Assembly: GCF_023055435.1 (NCBI RefSeq)
Contig: NW_025964001.1
Span: forward strand, 44,516,001-44,580,000
Source of the DNA: Haliotis rufescens
Taxonomy: Eukaryota
Direction: 5' to 3'
Length of the DNA: 64,000 nt
In this document: positions 1 through 13,000 of the stretch, piece after piece
How the letters are laid out: the number at the start of each line of letters is the position of its first letter
Position numbering within the stretch: the stretch's first letter is position 1
The notes under the pieces: generated by a model
Databases searched by the model: none
What the model was told of the DNA's origin: nothing
Seen by the model: only the letters and a program-made list of their open reading frames with translations
Translations under genes and position numbers: made by a program

Positions 1-175
1 CAATAGAGTCATGCTTTTTTGTTATTGTTATTAGCCTGCATTTAGGTTCTATAAATATCAAATACATGTTTGCTTGTAGTATTCCCATTTATACTGCATG
101 AAAACGTTACATACAGAAACGAAACGTGTTTCACATAGTACATATTTGTATAGTACATGTACAAACAACTCTTAC

Positions 176-252
176 CTATCTGATGGTCTGTTATCAGGGA
201 ACCTGGCTATGCTGCGCTTCCTAGCCACACAGCATGAGAGAGCATTCATCAT
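176..252 (-). CDS. Putative first coding exon (MMNALSCCVARKRSIARFPDNRPSD..) of an unidentified gene continuing off the left edge
   Basis: Minus-strand TATAAATA at 296-303, ATG at 252/249, an open frame and a strong AG|GTAAGA donor at 176/175. No homology recognised. Confidence 0.35.
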
Positions 253-1439
253 ATATCAAAGCATATCCCAAGTCACTGGAAAGCCCAACGGTATCTATTT
301 ATAGATGACACGTTCTCGGTAAAGGAACAGGGTACAGCACAGTGTTCAGTTCACTGCTCGTGTCGTGTTGGTGTGACATAACACCAGTGTGAAGGAGGCC
401 TGGTTGTTGTGTACATTCGATGTATGAATGTGTGTAGAATGTACGACCATAAATGTACATTTACTGTTTGTAACGCCAACACACGACTGTCAGGCTTACT
501 TTACTTGGTCATACATGTACCTAACACCATTTTATTCAGGTCACAAAGACAAAATTGAGGGTATATAAAAGGTAATATGCATGTCAATGACAAATACTCA
601 CCACAAGAGTGGACGGTTTGTATTATTATGAAAAGCGTAAAATACAAATGGTGTCTCACAGTAATCCACGTGGCTTCTGTTTACTTATTGTTTAAATTTG
701 ACTACATTGGGTTTTTTTCACTATAAACAGAATGAATATCTCCTGGTATTAATATAACAGAACATTGCCAACGTATGTACAAGTACATTGATTGGCCCAA
801 AATGTAGTACAATAGGTTTTTTTAAAAATATTTTTAACGCGTGTGAATAATCACCAAGCTAAACGTGCAAAAGAGTAAGATCACCTAGATTTATGTTATT
901 AATAAGCAGTTTCGGGTGCATAGTGTTTAGTATGGAATGGAATTTGGAATGAGACAAATGGAACATACCCATGTTTCCAATCTGATATGCTAAGACATTT
1001 TATTTTTAATTATAAAAAGCTGCCACCGAAATATGCAGATAAGCTGAGGGACGTAGGTGTCATCTCTTCCCCGCCATTGCCCACACCAGTGCTGAGGGAG
1101 AGGAGTCATATATGTACCTAGACGAGGAAACGTTTATTCAACTACAGTAATCTAAAGATTTATGGTAATCTTATGAAGCACAGCAGAGCATACCTTATTC
1201 TGGTTTATTTTGATATCTATCATGTTTATTATCATCCCCAAAAAGCAATCTATAATGTCTATCTATTGACAACCAGTCAATCAATCAACGTAGTTACATT
1301 CCACCAATGAGCGTATATATTTTCTTGAAATGGAATGTCTCGCAAAATATGCAACACAGTTTCGCACATGTGTGTTTCACAACGGTTAGTAAAAGGCCGG
1401 GCCCCTCACCATGGAGTGATCTACCTCTAGGACATCATA

Positions 1440-1603
1440 GGGCGGTGGGGTAGCCTAGTTGGTAAAGCGTTCGCTCGTCACGCCGAAAACCCGGGTTCGC
1501 TTCCCCACATGGGTACAATGTGTGACAATTTCTGGTGTCCCCGCCGTGATATTCCTGGAATATTGCAAAAATCAGCGTAAAACCAGTCTCACTTACTCAC
1601 TCA
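1440..1603 (+). mobile_element. tRNA-derived SINE, family 1
   Basis: A/B-box head, (CTCA)n tail and 13-bp TSD CTAGGACATCATA (1427-1439 and 1604-1616). Further copies at 47537-47701, 46738-46880 and 28905-29060. Confidence 0.85.
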
Positions 1604-2782
1604 CTAGGACATCATAACCCCCAATCCTAAAAACAAACTTCCGACTAAGCGCGAAGATTCCGTTATGGAACGGTGCCCTGGAACATGTGTGATGAGCCCT
1701 AAACAACCTACTTCACGTAATTAGTAACTTTCATTGTAGGATCTATAATAAGATCGAACAAAATGACTTAAATTCTGCTTGAGAATGGTTTGCCACTGGT
1801 GTGCTCATATGTATTGACATCCTCGATTATCCAGACATGTGAGTATCCATTCACGTCCATAACCTCGTTTAGGAAGTGGCTTCGTCGCCTTCGTCGCTCA
1901 TATCTCTAACTTACCACAGAATGTCTCTCGCTCTTAAGAGTACTTTGATTGGACTTATATTATGCATCGTCCAAAGCATATTGATGAAGATATCTCCTCG
2001 ACCTGTGTGTCGTGTTCGCGCGGGAGCGTAAATGTGGTTTCTACGGCCTCGGGGCCGCCTCTTCCTTGTTCGAGCTGTAAGGTGTGACAAAAAGAGGTCA
2101 CGTGGTAGATTAGAAATACATTTACAATTTCTATGTTTCTAACCTTCTAAAACGTTAAATCCTGCCTCATAAACAGAACATTTAGAAAAAGTCATACCAA
2201 GAGTGAGAAACAAGAAAACCTTTTTTTAATGCACAAAACTGTAACAATTTTACAACATATTATTCTTATTCTATTCTGTTACTTTCCCGCTACAATTGAA
2301 TGATTTACACAAGAATATGAAATAGTTATGTTAATTATACAACATATGTACAACTAAACGTACACGTAATAGAAACCTTGTTTACACTTGTAATTGTTTG
2401 TCACGATCGTCTGGGCTATTGTACAGATCCAATATTATTTAGTGCATACCCATACCGTCAGTAACAAAATGATGTCAAAAACAATTTTATCAGCTCTAAT
2501 GGTGTAGATGTGCTGAATCTACTAAAATAAAAGCGAATTAAAACTATGACAAACTGGAACGAGTTTCGTAAATACATAAAATGACAACGCATAATCCACT
2601 TTAACTCGAAATCAGAAAAGATGTGTTTTGTGCTCAAGTACAACTTCAAACACATCCTGTGAGATTCAAACCAGTACGACGACATTGTTATGTCTGATAA
2701 TCTCAAGCCAGAACTTAATTTCATTTTTGTGGCCATTGTGCCAAATATTTCGAATATGCGTTTTCAAACACAGCGCTACACA

Positions 2783-5700
2783 CTATTGCAACTGTTGAAT
2801 AAGAAAGTCGTCTGTAAATCGCAACATCTGCCTGAGGCTGAGTAGAGTAAGTCGATCTACATTTTCATCCAGTTCACTCTCCTGCTCGTAGTTCTTGACA
2901 GGGAATATGTGAGACCGAGGCAGCCCGATGAGTGCGGCAGTTTGGTCCACCAAGTCCCGTATTTGGGTGCTGTGGAACGTCAGCGACAGATTACCGTCCA
3001 CCATCCGGCACACCTTGTCGATCTTACTCAACAGCACTGTCTGTGGAATACCTGAAACGTACATTGACGCACATACATGTACTTCTTTATTACCAACTCA
3101 TGCACATTACTCTCACGAAAATCTGACACTCACATAAGACGTTTATTTTCATCAAATCGACATTGTATATGACGCACCATATAAATACGTAATTCTCAAA
3201 AGAGTTCTTACCATATCCGTTGGCAGTTTTCTTTATTTGGTCAAACGCTTCCTTTACCTCTCGCGGTAGACCATCGATCACTGAGCCATCTATCACAAAG
3301 GCTACGCAGTGAACCTTCTGCTGAAGCAGGTCCTCCTCGCTCAGGGTCTGCTGGCGTATTGGCTGCTTATTCCACAGGTTTCTCATCATTGTAGCCAGCA
3401 TGCTCTGTCGCCAAACAATGCTCATGATACACTGGGTCTTTTAAAGTTTAACACCCTCCCACAAATCACAGATTTAGGGTTTAATTCTTTCTGGATTCAA
3501 TTGACGTAAGAACCACCAAACAGAAAACAAATACAGACTACCGGGACATGATTGGGTGAAGACACATGTTTTGATGTATTTATCTTCTGTAGAATTTCAT
3601 TAGCAAGACACCAGGAACACGTTGAGTTTTTAAAGCTGCATGAAGGCCTATGGAGTATCAAAAACAAATCCAAGGACGGTATTTTCTGTTAAAGGATGTT
3701 TCTGCACGCTTACCATGTATCCCGGTGGACTTCCGCCTATGATGTGTTGGATGGCATAAACCATATTCTGTCCCATCCCTTGTTCAAATCCTCGTGTGTC
3801 CCAAAATCGGAACTTGAGAGGCCTCCGTCCAGGCCAGGTAAAGATCTTGTGTTCTTCATTCTGGAGCAACAAACAAGGGGGTGATCCTCGCCTTCGGTGT
3901 ACAATGATAAGCAATTGAAATCAACCAAGTCACTTAGCCTGACAACCCGATCCAATTTCCGTCGCCTTTTACGACAATTGTGCATGCTTTTTTTAGGGCC
4001 GATTCTAATCCGGATTCCCCAAGATGGAAGGATATAAGTGTGTGAGTATGGTGTTACGCCGCTTTTAGCAATAATCCTGCAATATCACTGATAATCACAC
4101 ATTGTACTTAGAAACGCATGCCAGAATATTACCATCGTCAGTTGAACTTGATTTCATGACATTTGAGAAACGTTTGGATCAAGATGTTGCAATTGTTACT
4201 TAACGACAAGATGGACAGGTACCAAACCTTACTGTGTGAGTGGGTATGGTATCTGTGAGCAATCAGCCAGCAATATCACGCAAATGAGACAGCAGAAATG
4301 GACTTCACACATTCTACCCATGTTCTACGTTGAATGCAAGTTTTAGAGTAATGCTGAGTGAGTGCATTATCACAATCATATTTCTTCCTTTGTACCTTTT
4401 GTGTCAGACTGTGCAATGCACTGCCCGTAGGAACAGAGCTTGTGACATATCCTCTGAAGGCTGAGGTAACACTGTTGAGGTAGCTTGACTTGCCCGCTCC
4501 TATCTGACCCACAAGGAGTATATTTGTGTACTCCAAAGCTTCAGTTGGAGGCTCGAAACCTTCTAACTCTCTTTTAATGGGCTGAAACATGCATCATGGG
4601 GAGCAATCATCTTTCTATTTGATAATAACATAGTATGTAATATCAAACATATGATAACATTTTCTTCACCTCTTTCGTTTAAGTATTTTGTCACATCAGC
4701 GAAAAAACTACACGGTTTTATTTTACAAAACATTATATATAACGGTTACACCCTTGAATATACTATGTTGACTATATACCTCCACTGCCACTTGACTGAC
4801 ATTTCGCCATGCCTTTTCAACATATTCATCATCATCTGAAATAAAAATGCAAGGAAACAATACAGCTTACTGCGACCACACCATGTCACAAAGGACATGT
4901 TAATGTCTGATACTCTGGGTCTGTAAATAATCGTATCTCGCCTAGGTAAACCACGATATTCTCCTGTGGTTACTGAATGTTGCTTACCGTCACAATTAGC
5001 ACAATACTCCAGTTATACCATGGGATGAGGTATGTAAATAATCGTATCTCGCCCATGTAAACCACGATATTCTCCTGTGGTTACTGAATGTTGCTTACCG
5101 TCACAATTAGCACAATACTCCAGTTATACCATGGGATGAGGTATGTAAATAATCGTATCTCGCCCAGGTAAACCACGATATTCTCCTGTGGTTACTGAAT
5201 GTTGCTTACCGTCACAATTAGCACAATACTCCAGTTATACCATGGGATGAGGTATGTAAATAATCGTATCTCGCCCAGGTAAACCGCGATATTCTCCTGT
5301 GGTTACTGAATGTTGCTTAACGTCACAATAAGAACAATACTCCAGTTATACCATTGGATTAGCTATGTAAATAATCGTATCTCGCCCAGGTAAACCAGTG
5401 AGTGAAAATATGAGCAACAATGCACACCATCCGTGCACAAACCTAATAGCCCAATCACCATTTCAGCTCCGACAAGTGTGATTCTTGCCACGTTTCTTGA
5501 CCCGGAATCCTACGGGTATATTGCAGAAATTACATTGGACTTTAATAAATGGATATCATGCTGTAAATATAAAACGTCGAAGCCAGTAAAAGGTAAAACA
5601 ATTGTGAAGATTGTATTATTGGATCAAATGAAAATCAGTGATGATACCAGGTGTTCGCGAGAAGAGGTAATGAACTGTTACCAGACAAAGTTCAATGCTT

Positions 5701-7021
5701 CTGTAGCTCTTAAGCAATTATGTTACAGCGTTACAACACAAGAGACTTCATTAACCGAACTGAACAATGTTTTATCTTACCTATCACAAGAAATACTTCA
5801 AACTTGACCACCGCATCATGACCGTCTATAAAGTTTTCATTTTGGCGTTTACCAATGTTGTATGCTTGACCTATAGCTGTTCGCACTGTGATGAGATCAT
5901 CAGAGACCTCCGTTGTGACAATATCCATCGCTCCGTCGACATTGCCACCGCCAAATGTTGGTCCATAATCGCTGTGGCAATAGATAGCACAGCGAGCGGT
6001 ATCAACCGGGTACTTTTTCGGTTTGAACGTGGCTCTATCGTACAGCTTAAACAGAAAGGCTCTTGGATCCCGCTTGTGTCCTGGTGGGGAGGAGGGTTGC
6101 CATGTCTGTCGTGTATATCCACCTTGAAGGTCAGACAAGACAACGTCTACCATATAAAATTAACACAGTTGTTATGCCTTAAACAAAAACAATAGCCCGC
6201 TGTTTAGTTTCCTTCCAGACGCTATAAGTTGAGCTATATGTGAATTTTAAACATTGTCTCTGTGTAGCAATTTCAGAATTAACTGTCATACATACTTAAA
6301 AAACATAAACCGGTAAAATGCTACGCAACCAATTACAATTTGGCAAATATAGATTTTCAGCTTGACACACGAACAAATATTCTTCTGTGCAGATTTCCTG
6401 TGACATAAGTATTGAATATTGCATAATTTAAAGTTAAAGTTAAAGTTATAACAAATCAGGCAAACAGAATTCGAACAAGAACACGTCAAACTCCATATCA
6501 AATTATTGATTTTGGGGTGGATTTCTGATATGACAAAAATATGTTAACGTTCCAACAAAATAAATTCCGTACATCTTGAAAAGTCATTGTCGATATATGG
6601 CTGAAACAATGTCGTGCAACGTTATAACTCGCTATTTGTTAATCTAGCATAGAAAGAAAATAAAAAAGTTTCTTAAAAATGCTTTTAACGGGAAAGCTCC
6701 TTACAGTGATGTAATGAGAACGGTGGAGTTTGTCGTATGTTAAACATAAGTCATAACGAGGCCAATTGGAAAATATTTCCCAGTTAACGCAACTTGTGTT
6801 TGTAGGCAAGAAAACTGGCCATTTAATATGTTCGTACCGAAAACACTGTTGCCGTTCGTGTAGAACACGGTAACAGTGGATTCACTTTTGTCACATCGCT
6901 TGTGGAACTCTTGGATTTGATTGTGGTACAGTGAACTATCAAACAGAATCTTGAACTTATATGTATCCCCAAGCCATTCCTTCAGCATTTCGTGACAGAG
7001 AAGGTTGAATGACATCGTCAT
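2783..7021 (-). CDS. IFI44L: IFI44/IFI44L-like protein, copy 1 (TLDc + P-loop GTPase-like), 7 coding exons, about 458 aa
   Basis: Exons 7021-6838, 6122-5781, 4835-4780, 4581-4396, 3860-3714, 3404-3212, 3051-2783, all GT-AG and phase-consistent. TLDc motifs FHKRCD, FGGYT, AFLF, YGPTFGG. GTPase motifs GQIGAGKSS, DTRG, SKID. C-terminal FPVKNYEQESELD..LRQMLRFTDD is typical of the IFI44 family. The acceptor at 3404 is the least certain boundary. Confidence 0.9.
4922..5397. repeat. 111-bp minisatellite, about 4.3 copies, in an intron of IFI44L copy 1
   Basis: TGTAAATAATCGTATCTCGCC recurs at 4922, 5033, 5144, 5255 and 5366. Confidence 0.95.
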
Positions 7022-7226
7022 GCTGCACTGGTGTCTGAAACAGCACACGTTGAATTATGATTAAGAAACCAGAAAAGACAGAAGGCGATACATGCGTGTG
7101 TGCGTGCGAGTTCCTGTGTACACGTGCGCGTGTTTGTGTGACTGGATTGAATTTAAATAAATTGTAAAATAATCTTTCTGTTCGTTATTTTGCCTTTGAT
7201 GAAGGGTGAGGTACCAATTCATCATT

Positions 7227-7503
7227 CCGTGAAGACCCGGGTTTGATCATAGGTCTTCAGTAACCCCATGCTTGCCGTAAAAGGCGACTATGCTTGCTGC
7301 AAGAGGCGACTAACGGGTGGTCAGGCTCGCTGACTTTTGATGCATGTCATCGTATCCCAATTGCATGGATCGATGCTCATAATATCAACCAATGGATTGT
7401 CTGGTCCAGACTCGATTATTTACAGGCCGCCGTCATACAGCTGGAATATTGCGGAGTGCGGCGTTAAACAGCAGCAACAACAACAACAACAAAAACAAAA
7501 ACA
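7227..7503 (+). mobile_element. SINE family 3
   Basis: Shared core ACCCATGCTTG..AAGAGGCGACT..GCTCGCTGACTT..GTCTGGTCCAGACTCG and a (CAA)n tail. Copies at 14545-14780, 27000-27240, 37180-37325 (-) and about 12790-12878 (-). Confidence 0.8.
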
Positions 7504-8901
7504 ACTTTACTTGAGGTGTGGAGGTTTCATGTATTCATGGTTTCATGTGCATACATCATGGTATCCGAACTGTGACATTGTACGTATTGTGTCGCGATAA
7601 ACTGTGCCGTTACAGCCGCAGCCACATTACTTATATTTTCTTTATAATTGTCAAACATGGCCATTTGCCATACGTTTTGTTTTTTTGTTACGCACGAAAT
7701 ATATATAATTTGGACGTTGGGTTTAATTTGGATTTAATTTTCCTGTACATAAAACATTTGAAATATCAAAGACATACTATCTGTCGAATTCATTTTTGTC
7801 TTTGGGTAACAATTATATGGAGGATATTTGTCTTTTCCTTTGTGGTGAAAATGTCAACTTTGCAGGTCACGAGATGAGATGTTATTTGAAAAACAATTAG
7901 ACACATGTTCTATTTGTTGTGTATTTTCTGGCATGATTTTCATGGCATCAGTAACGTGAGTGAAATATCAATGTTAATTTTTTAAAGATAAATATAGTAT
8001 TTTATTATCAAATACATAATAAAGTACATTACATTTTTCTTCTCTGTTGTCTCACGCTGCAATTTTCTAGCTATCAAACGGCGGCCTGTAAATAATTGAG
8101 TCTGGAACAGACAAACCAGTAATTGATATTGTGAGCAAAATATCAAAGCTATCTGGGTACGATGACAATTAACCAGGTCACCGCACCTGTCCACCCGATC
8201 CATTTTATCACCTCTATTTAACACAAATGTTTTTATGTGAAAACTATTTTTACATGAGTACTTCTTAAGGCTGATCTATTTCCCGAGTGGTATTAATGAG
8301 ACTGATGTTCCGATGATAGTAACTTAATTACATCAGAGACTCCCTGATTGCACCTGGTCTTCACTGATCCCCGAATCTCCTCCTCATCCCTTCAATATTC
8401 GCCTAGTTATACATTCAACACCTGTGATTATAATTACTTATTATTTTGTACATCTTTCAGTACGTGGATCCCGGGCATTTCCCTCACACGTATCTTCCCG
8501 GGATAAGAGTGTCCACTGGGCTGATGACAAGTCCTCGAAAACTAGACGTTGATATAGACGATTCGACTCTCTTGCCTCGGGAAGACGCCTTCCTCACCCA
8601 CCTACGATTTGATATTCTGGGATGGGGCCTGGGATTTTATCCACGAGTTAAAAAATATAATATATTAAAGCTTCAGACTGTTGAAATATTGCCTGCCTAA
8701 AAAATACATCGTTGTAAGTTTGGTTTTTTCCTTTAAAAAAATCAGGCTTATAGTTTTAAATTTAGGGGAAAAATTCTGGTTTCGAGGTTGCAGCCGTAAA
8801 ATATTTAATGTCGATACAAATGCCAGGCACCCCCAACCCTACTACCAGAATATCAAATGATCGGTCCCTTATACGTGTCATGGAACCTACGATATTTTCG
8901 T

Positions 8902-8918
8902 ACTTTCGGTTTCGTTTC
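8902..8918 (-). promoter_or_regulatory. ISRE/IRF-binding element upstream of IFI44L copy 1
   Basis: The minus strand reads GAAACGAAACCGAAAGT: three GAAA cores, including a match to the IRF-E consensus GAAA(G/C)(T/C)GAAA(G/C)(T/C). It lies about 1.9 kb upstream of the ATG. Confidence 0.5.
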
Positions 8919-10055
8919 GGTGCAGACTTCTTGTGTGCAGTGTGACCATACTTTTGTCAGGTTGTAAAAAAGGAGCTAATTGAAACAAAATATAAATAAG
9001 CATATCTGAATGTGATTATCCACCCAGTTGAAACATCACTGAAATACCCGCAATAGACAAGAGTGAAGTATAATACATCGACAGCTATTTATCTGTGAAC
9101 TACTTACATAACAGAATAATACATATGCACCAGGAAGAACATACTTAGGTTACCAAACGATCGATGTGTCAATACATGCAGAGTGACTGAAACTTGATAC
9201 AAATACGGGGAGTATCGTTACTACATTTTACACTTACCGTTATTTCACAGCGAAGAACATAACAGAGCGAGGAGAACGCAAACGATACACCTCGATCAGC
9301 TGCCAGCGACGTATCAAGGGAGACAACTCGTGTTGTTATTTCATGGCTTGCTGTCATGACGCCCCAGGTAAATAAACAAACATGGGGAAATGATTGACGG
9401 ATATGTATAACTTCGACCGATGACACGTCTTAGAGTAGCCAAATATGTTCGTCGTGTGTTCTAGTCATTTACCTAATAATGACAAAGCTTAAACAAGGAG
9501 TGCACGCCCGAAAATATGTACGAGTATTTCCTCTTCTCCGGTCGTCACGATATGGCTGAAATATTGCCGATGTGACGTAAAGCATAAAACCACTGACGTA
9601 GCCACGTGAGCTGACAGTTTCTCAAATGCCACAAAATGAAAAATCAGTCTCTCGCTTATTTGCATGACGGTAAAGTCCCGTTAGACCGGAGCCTTTCAGA
9701 TAAATAATGTAACGCTTTGTTAGAAACAGAATATATCATCAGTTACTACTTCAAGACAGACTTTGTTTTCTCAGTAACCTAAAAATGTTTATTTTTACCA
9801 CAACACACATTTTTTCAGGCCATTACTTCACAAATGGTCCACAAGAAACACCACAAACGACGAAAGTACTTATCTTATAAAGCATAAGCCATTAAAAAGC
9901 AAGTAAAAAGTGTTATTGTACACTTGAGAAACACCTTGAGAACGAGCTACTGTACAACAAGACATGCGTACATGTATTTGCCTGGATGTCCTGTCCCGCA
10001 CTAGGTATCATACACTGAGCAAATGTTGTACGTTTGAAAAAACGTATAATATGCA

Positions 10056-13000
10056 TTAAGCATCATTTTGATCGAGATAATAATAAAGGTAGTCATCAGC
10101 AAGCCGGAGCATCTGTTGGAGACTAAGCAGAGCTGGAACATCCACTCTGGCGTCAAGTTCTGTCTCCTTCTCATAGTTCTTGATTGGCAGAACACAGGAC
10201 CGGGGGAGACCCATCAGCTGGGCAACCGTGTCAACAAGATCAGACACGGTTATGTTTTTAAAGAGACCTGACAAATCTTTGTCCAGAGCAGGACACACCT
10301 TGTCCACCTTGGTCAACAGAACAACCTGGGGCACACCTGCAAGAAGTACAGAAAGGACAAAGGTGTAGAAGTGCAGGACATTATACAAACCAGTCCAAAT
10401 GGTATGTCAGTAGTGATTGTGAACTCATTACATGGCCATTGCATATATAAACATTAATGTAAGTGTAATATTACAGATCCATTAAGCATTTTACACATGC
10501 AAAGGCACTGCTTCACTACAAACCTGAACTACTCGAGTACAGTCAGTGTGATACATGTATATGCTTACATCCTTACTAACATCTAAATTAATAGAGAAAA
10601 TTCATCCTAAAGAGCACAGTGTATTAATCAATTATCATGGAAGCAGAAAGGGGTGCCGTTATGACAATAAAATGTTTATTCGATTCACTTAACTCCTTGC
10701 TATTATATTACAAATCCTGTGCATGATCCTGTGCATAGGGTACAGGTCACAAAGTGATCCAACACTGGCCCCAGGGGGGAACTGAAAGGGGCTTAGGTCC
10801 TGCCCCATACTGATTTGTTCGAATAAGCCCCTATTCACAAGGCAGCAATGGGCATCTGGTTATGGTGAGTGAGTGAGTGAGTTGGGTTTAACGCCGTTTG
10901 GGACATTATTCCAGTTTTATCACTTTCTGGTTATGAGATTGTGATGACAAAACCTTCTTGTACCTAAGATGCAACTTGTATTGTATGCTAACCCTGGTGC
11001 TGAGAACATAATTTGAGGGCACGCTGATCTGTTGACCGTGGTATTATATGTGTAGCGCCATGACCAAGCTCTAATGCCTAGGTACGGCAGATATTAAATA
11101 ACACAGTTACTTTATGTATGCTATGCCATCTGATAAACAATACCTCGAGCATTTGCAGTTTCCTGAAACTCTTTGACAACGTGTAGGATCTTGTCCGAAT
11201 ATACGTCCACAGTGGAGGCGTCGACGACAAAGACAACGCAGTGAGCTGTATCTCCGAAGGCTGGCGATTTTCTGTAACCTTCTGTGTCGGGAACCAGCTT
11301 CGTAAATGGGTTAAACTGAACACCACAAAACATACATGCAGACACAGAAGTTTCTAAAGTAACCTGACTGCTCAAATGTTTAGAATATCTTTCCATTGTT
11401 AAGGGGGTCCGATGTACGATTTAGTTGAAAGTAAATAACCCGTATGCTGACACATCTGTGACTGTTCTTCTGAGAAGGTATGAGACCACATCATTCAAGC
11501 ATGTCACATCTACAGCAATACTACTAAACATGAATTATTTGCATATACATATATTCCGAAGTAAGACTATCAATTAAACGTATTGCCAACAATTGACAGC
11601 ATCTATTGGGAAGAAGTAAATCCTGCCGGGGTACAGAGCAGGAAACAGAGGTACTGTAAATACATATACTCCAAACTGTAGTGGCTTAACACAGATGGTT
11701 GTCCGTCTACACCCCGCATGTATCCTTGTGTTATACGTTGACCCTTTTAATGTCCATATACTATTTTCAAACACAAATCTGTGGTTGATGGTTACTGTAA
11801 AGTTCCTCTGCAACAGATTTTGATCTGGTGTAAATGTGTTCATTTTTCTAGCCACACTATGGCTGAAATACTGCCGGACAAAGGACACTCTAAGACAACG
11901 CGTAATTATGCACAACCTGAAATCCATTCTCGATGTGTCCATCGAGAAATGCCACCAAGTCCTCTGGTTTCATCCCCTTGTCCTCCTCCAGGCCTCGTGT
12001 GTCGCACAGACGGAACTTCAGCGGCGTACCAGACTTCGACCTCACTTTGTAAACCCTGAACTACATGTGATACAGAAAATATACATGGACGTAAGACGGA
12101 CACCGATTGACAAACGGAAGTGTTCATCTAGTCGCTGTATAAACGATAGAATACCATTTCCAGATGAATATTGTTTAACTCTGCAGTCAGCAACGGCCAA
12201 GATTGTAATAGTACAGCCTGTTAAACAATCGAAGATGGACTTTGCAAACCAGTGATTAAGAGAATGAGCAACGGGGAGTGACAACCTATCCATGCTTCGA
12301 CTCTTACGACATGAATGCATTACTAACAGGCCAAATATACTCGGAATCATCTTGAGTATATAATATTCAAATAGCGAAGTAAAAAGCCTCCAACACAACT
12401 GACAAAAAGTTTCCCATTATAATCTTGAATGAATTCTACCGTTTGTACTGTCTTACAACAGCAGGTTTGACTTCATCTAGCTCCTTCTTGTATCTCCCTG
12501 CACACATGATTCAGGAACTACGTACCATTGAAGTCAGACTATGGGTAGCACTGCCACTCCTTGCCTGACCAGTCACGTGGCCCCTGAACAAGGAGTTGAT
12601 GGTGTTGAAATAGCTGGACTTGCCACTTCCTACTGCACCCACAAGCAAAAGATTGACATGGTCCAGTTTCGCTTCTTCAACGGGGCAGTAATTCTCCATT
12701 TGTGACATCAGCTTCTGATGAACATACAAGAGCAAAAATAACATCTTAAAACAAGATAATGCACCTTCGGCCAAGAGCTCATGATACTGATTACGGGTGA
12801 TTGTCTCAAGACACCCATAGTCGCCTGTTATGGCAAGCATGGGTTGTTCTAAATATTCTAAACCGGATCTTCACGGGTCCACTGCTGATTACGTAATCGT
12901 CCTTTGTGGTCAGTGAATAATTCCGAATGACCCCAAGTATGTATATAGATGACTATATGCCTGGCCACCCGATCCACTTTAGTTGACGCTTATGACAAGC

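Noticed and set aside
1440-1515. tRNA genes at SINE heads (also 16242, 20281, 47630-47701)
   Set aside because: They continue into SINE bodies with simple-repeat tails and TSDs.
4922-5397. Repeat arrays here and at 25531-25800 as CRISPR
   Set aside because: Units are head-to-tail without unique spacers, the context is eukaryotic, and there are no cas genes.
5433-6195. Plus-strand ORFs overlapping IFI44L exons and similar short antisense ORFs throughout the window
   Set aside because: They are shadow frames of real exons or chance ORFs with no recognisable motifs.
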